Part shown: one piece after another, positions 62,497 through 64,000 of the stretch | Layout of the letters: each line of letters begins with the position of its first letter | How positions within the stretch are numbered: position 1 is the stretch's first letter | From: Rhizodiscina lignyota | Lineage: Eukaryota | Length of the DNA stretch: 64,000 bases | Reading direction: 5' to 3' | Assembly: GCA_010015805.1 (NCBI GenBank) | Contig: ML978133.1 | Location: 496,001-560,000 of the forward strand | The notes under the pieces: generated by a model | What the model was told of the DNA's origin: nothing | The model's database searches: none | Seen by the model: only the letters and a program-made list of their open reading frames with translations | Program-made: the position numbers and the translations under genes

Positions 62497-63288
62497 TAGG
62501 CGAAAGTATCTCCGTCGCGAAGTACCCAGTTTCAAGCACTCGGGGTCAGGTCAGAGCGTAAGGCTGAAGGCGGAGATTAAGAACGACATTTCACTGGACG
62601 TCTCCAGGGACTTGTAGTTAAATACTCGCCTTATCGGACTCGCAGTCGATGTGGATCCATTTACAATCACAATTGGAGCCCGCATGTTGCATACTCCCAG
62701 TGTCAAGGTTACGCAGGTACATCTACGCACCTGCCACATGGGTCGATGGTTTGTCTGTCAGAGTGTGTGATACAAAGCGCGGAGCAATCGCGGATACCGG
62801 AACGTCAACGCAGGCGATCAGTATCGTATACCTATGCAGGGCATGATGAACGAATCATAGGACGGGCGACAGGACCGGGGAGAATTTGGAAACATAGCAC
62901 ATTCCCACACGTGATATCGTCTTTTCTTAAGACCGTATTCACGATCTCGCCTCCATCGGAGTTTTCGACGCATATTTCTTTTTGAGCCCTGCCTTTGCCC
63001 CAGAGGGTCCTCCCCCAGAAGCCCTTGGAGAGCCCGACATCCGCGTTGCCACCGCTGCAGGGCCCACTCACGTGACTCGATCATCGGCGTCTCTTCTCCG
63101 CTCTCAACGGCTCGAGTCCCAGAAAGCATCATTTATCGCCATGCGACCAATTCTATCCCCTGCGCGTTGTCACCCTTGATCTACTTGCCACGATATTGCT
63201 CTGCTTAATAGATTCGCTCTGTTCAATTGTCTCTCCTAGATCATATGTTTCCCCATATCGCGTCATCTCCCCGCAATCATCTTCCAAG

Positions 63289-64000
63289 ATGCCAACGCCA
63301 AATGCTGCAGTCGTCTCTCTTCCTGCGCCAATAAACATCTCATCACCGCGGCAGACATGTCCTCCAGACCAAGAGCGGATAGTGGACAGAATCATTGAGT
63401 TGGAAAATGGTTCGGAAAGCTCAGGTGCTTCTCCAAGAAGCGTCGAGTCAGAAGCTCAGTCACGTTCGACACCTGCGACAACAATGAGCGACGGAAGCGA
63501 AGCAGGTATTACTCAAGGGAAGGAGCGCATTGGCGAGGAGCTTGCGCCGCTACGCGACACGCCGAGTCCGATGAGCGCATTAGAAGAAACGTCGTCGGAT
63601 ATTGACGTTCGATCCGCGCAGTCCCAAACTACAATGGATGGAATGGCGCTCTATCCCGATGGTATTATTGGATCGCCATACCCGAAGACGAGAGTATGTA
63701 TGTCCGATTCTTGCGCGACGGATTATAATTGACTGGGCTCCAAAACAATAGTTCTTACCCAATTCCACATCATCCTTCCTTCGGCCCGGGAGCAGATTTA
63801 CAGGCACGCAACAGTCAGACCACCAAGTCTATGAGGTCCAAGTAGACTTGAAACATGTTGATATGGATAATTCATTCCTCTGCGGCTATCTGCGGATCCA
63901 GGGTAAGCATGGTGATCGTCTGATCCGCGACCAGACCAGAAGCTAATCAGAGGACATCAATAGGGCTCACTGACGACCACCCTACTCTCACCACATACTT
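63289..64000 (+). CDS. VID24: GID/CTLH complex substrate receptor, 3'-truncated by the window edge
   Basis: After splicing it reads SFLRPGSRFTGTQQS..YEVQVDLKHVD..FLCGYLRIQ|GLTDDHPTLTTY, the Vid24/GID4 domain. These exons are missing from the ORF track. Confidence 0.9.

Noticed and set aside
1..64000. Transposase, retroelement, CRISPR array or PKS/NRPS backbone
   Set aside because: No such motifs or repeat-spacer structure were seen.

Overview
Gene-dense, intron-rich genomic DNA from a filamentous ascomycete (Pezizomycotina-type GT..CTRAC..AG introns), with one assembly gap (26300-26882). About 30 protein genes can be supported. They include CCH1, SAH1, a SAM5/PET8-type carrier, a HEM25-type carrier, DPB4, the 5' end of VID24/GID4, a TCAB1/SWT21-like WD40 gene, an AA16 LPMO, an Mtr-type amino acid permease, a PAP2 phosphatase, a beta-lactamase-family esterase, an amidohydrolase and several oxidoreductases. 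No intact transposon, tRNA or rRNA gene was recognised. The most notable unannotated signals are: (1) a ~170-nt multi-hairpin non-coding element at 3053-3246 with H/ACA-like geometry and antisense tracts to a conserved LSU rRNA segment; (2) a perfect 33-bp inverted repeat downstream of SAH1; (3) a large Cys-free secreted Pro/Gly/Ala repeat protein partitioned by Kex2-type sites; (4) three accessory genes each broken by a single in-frame stop, one inside a TpA-rich RIP-like island; (5) paired Upc2-type motifs in the promoter shared by a Zn2Cys6 factor and a reductase; and (6) a decaying tandem copy of the G-patch gene 3' end. All family calls come from motif recognition by eye; no database searches were run.
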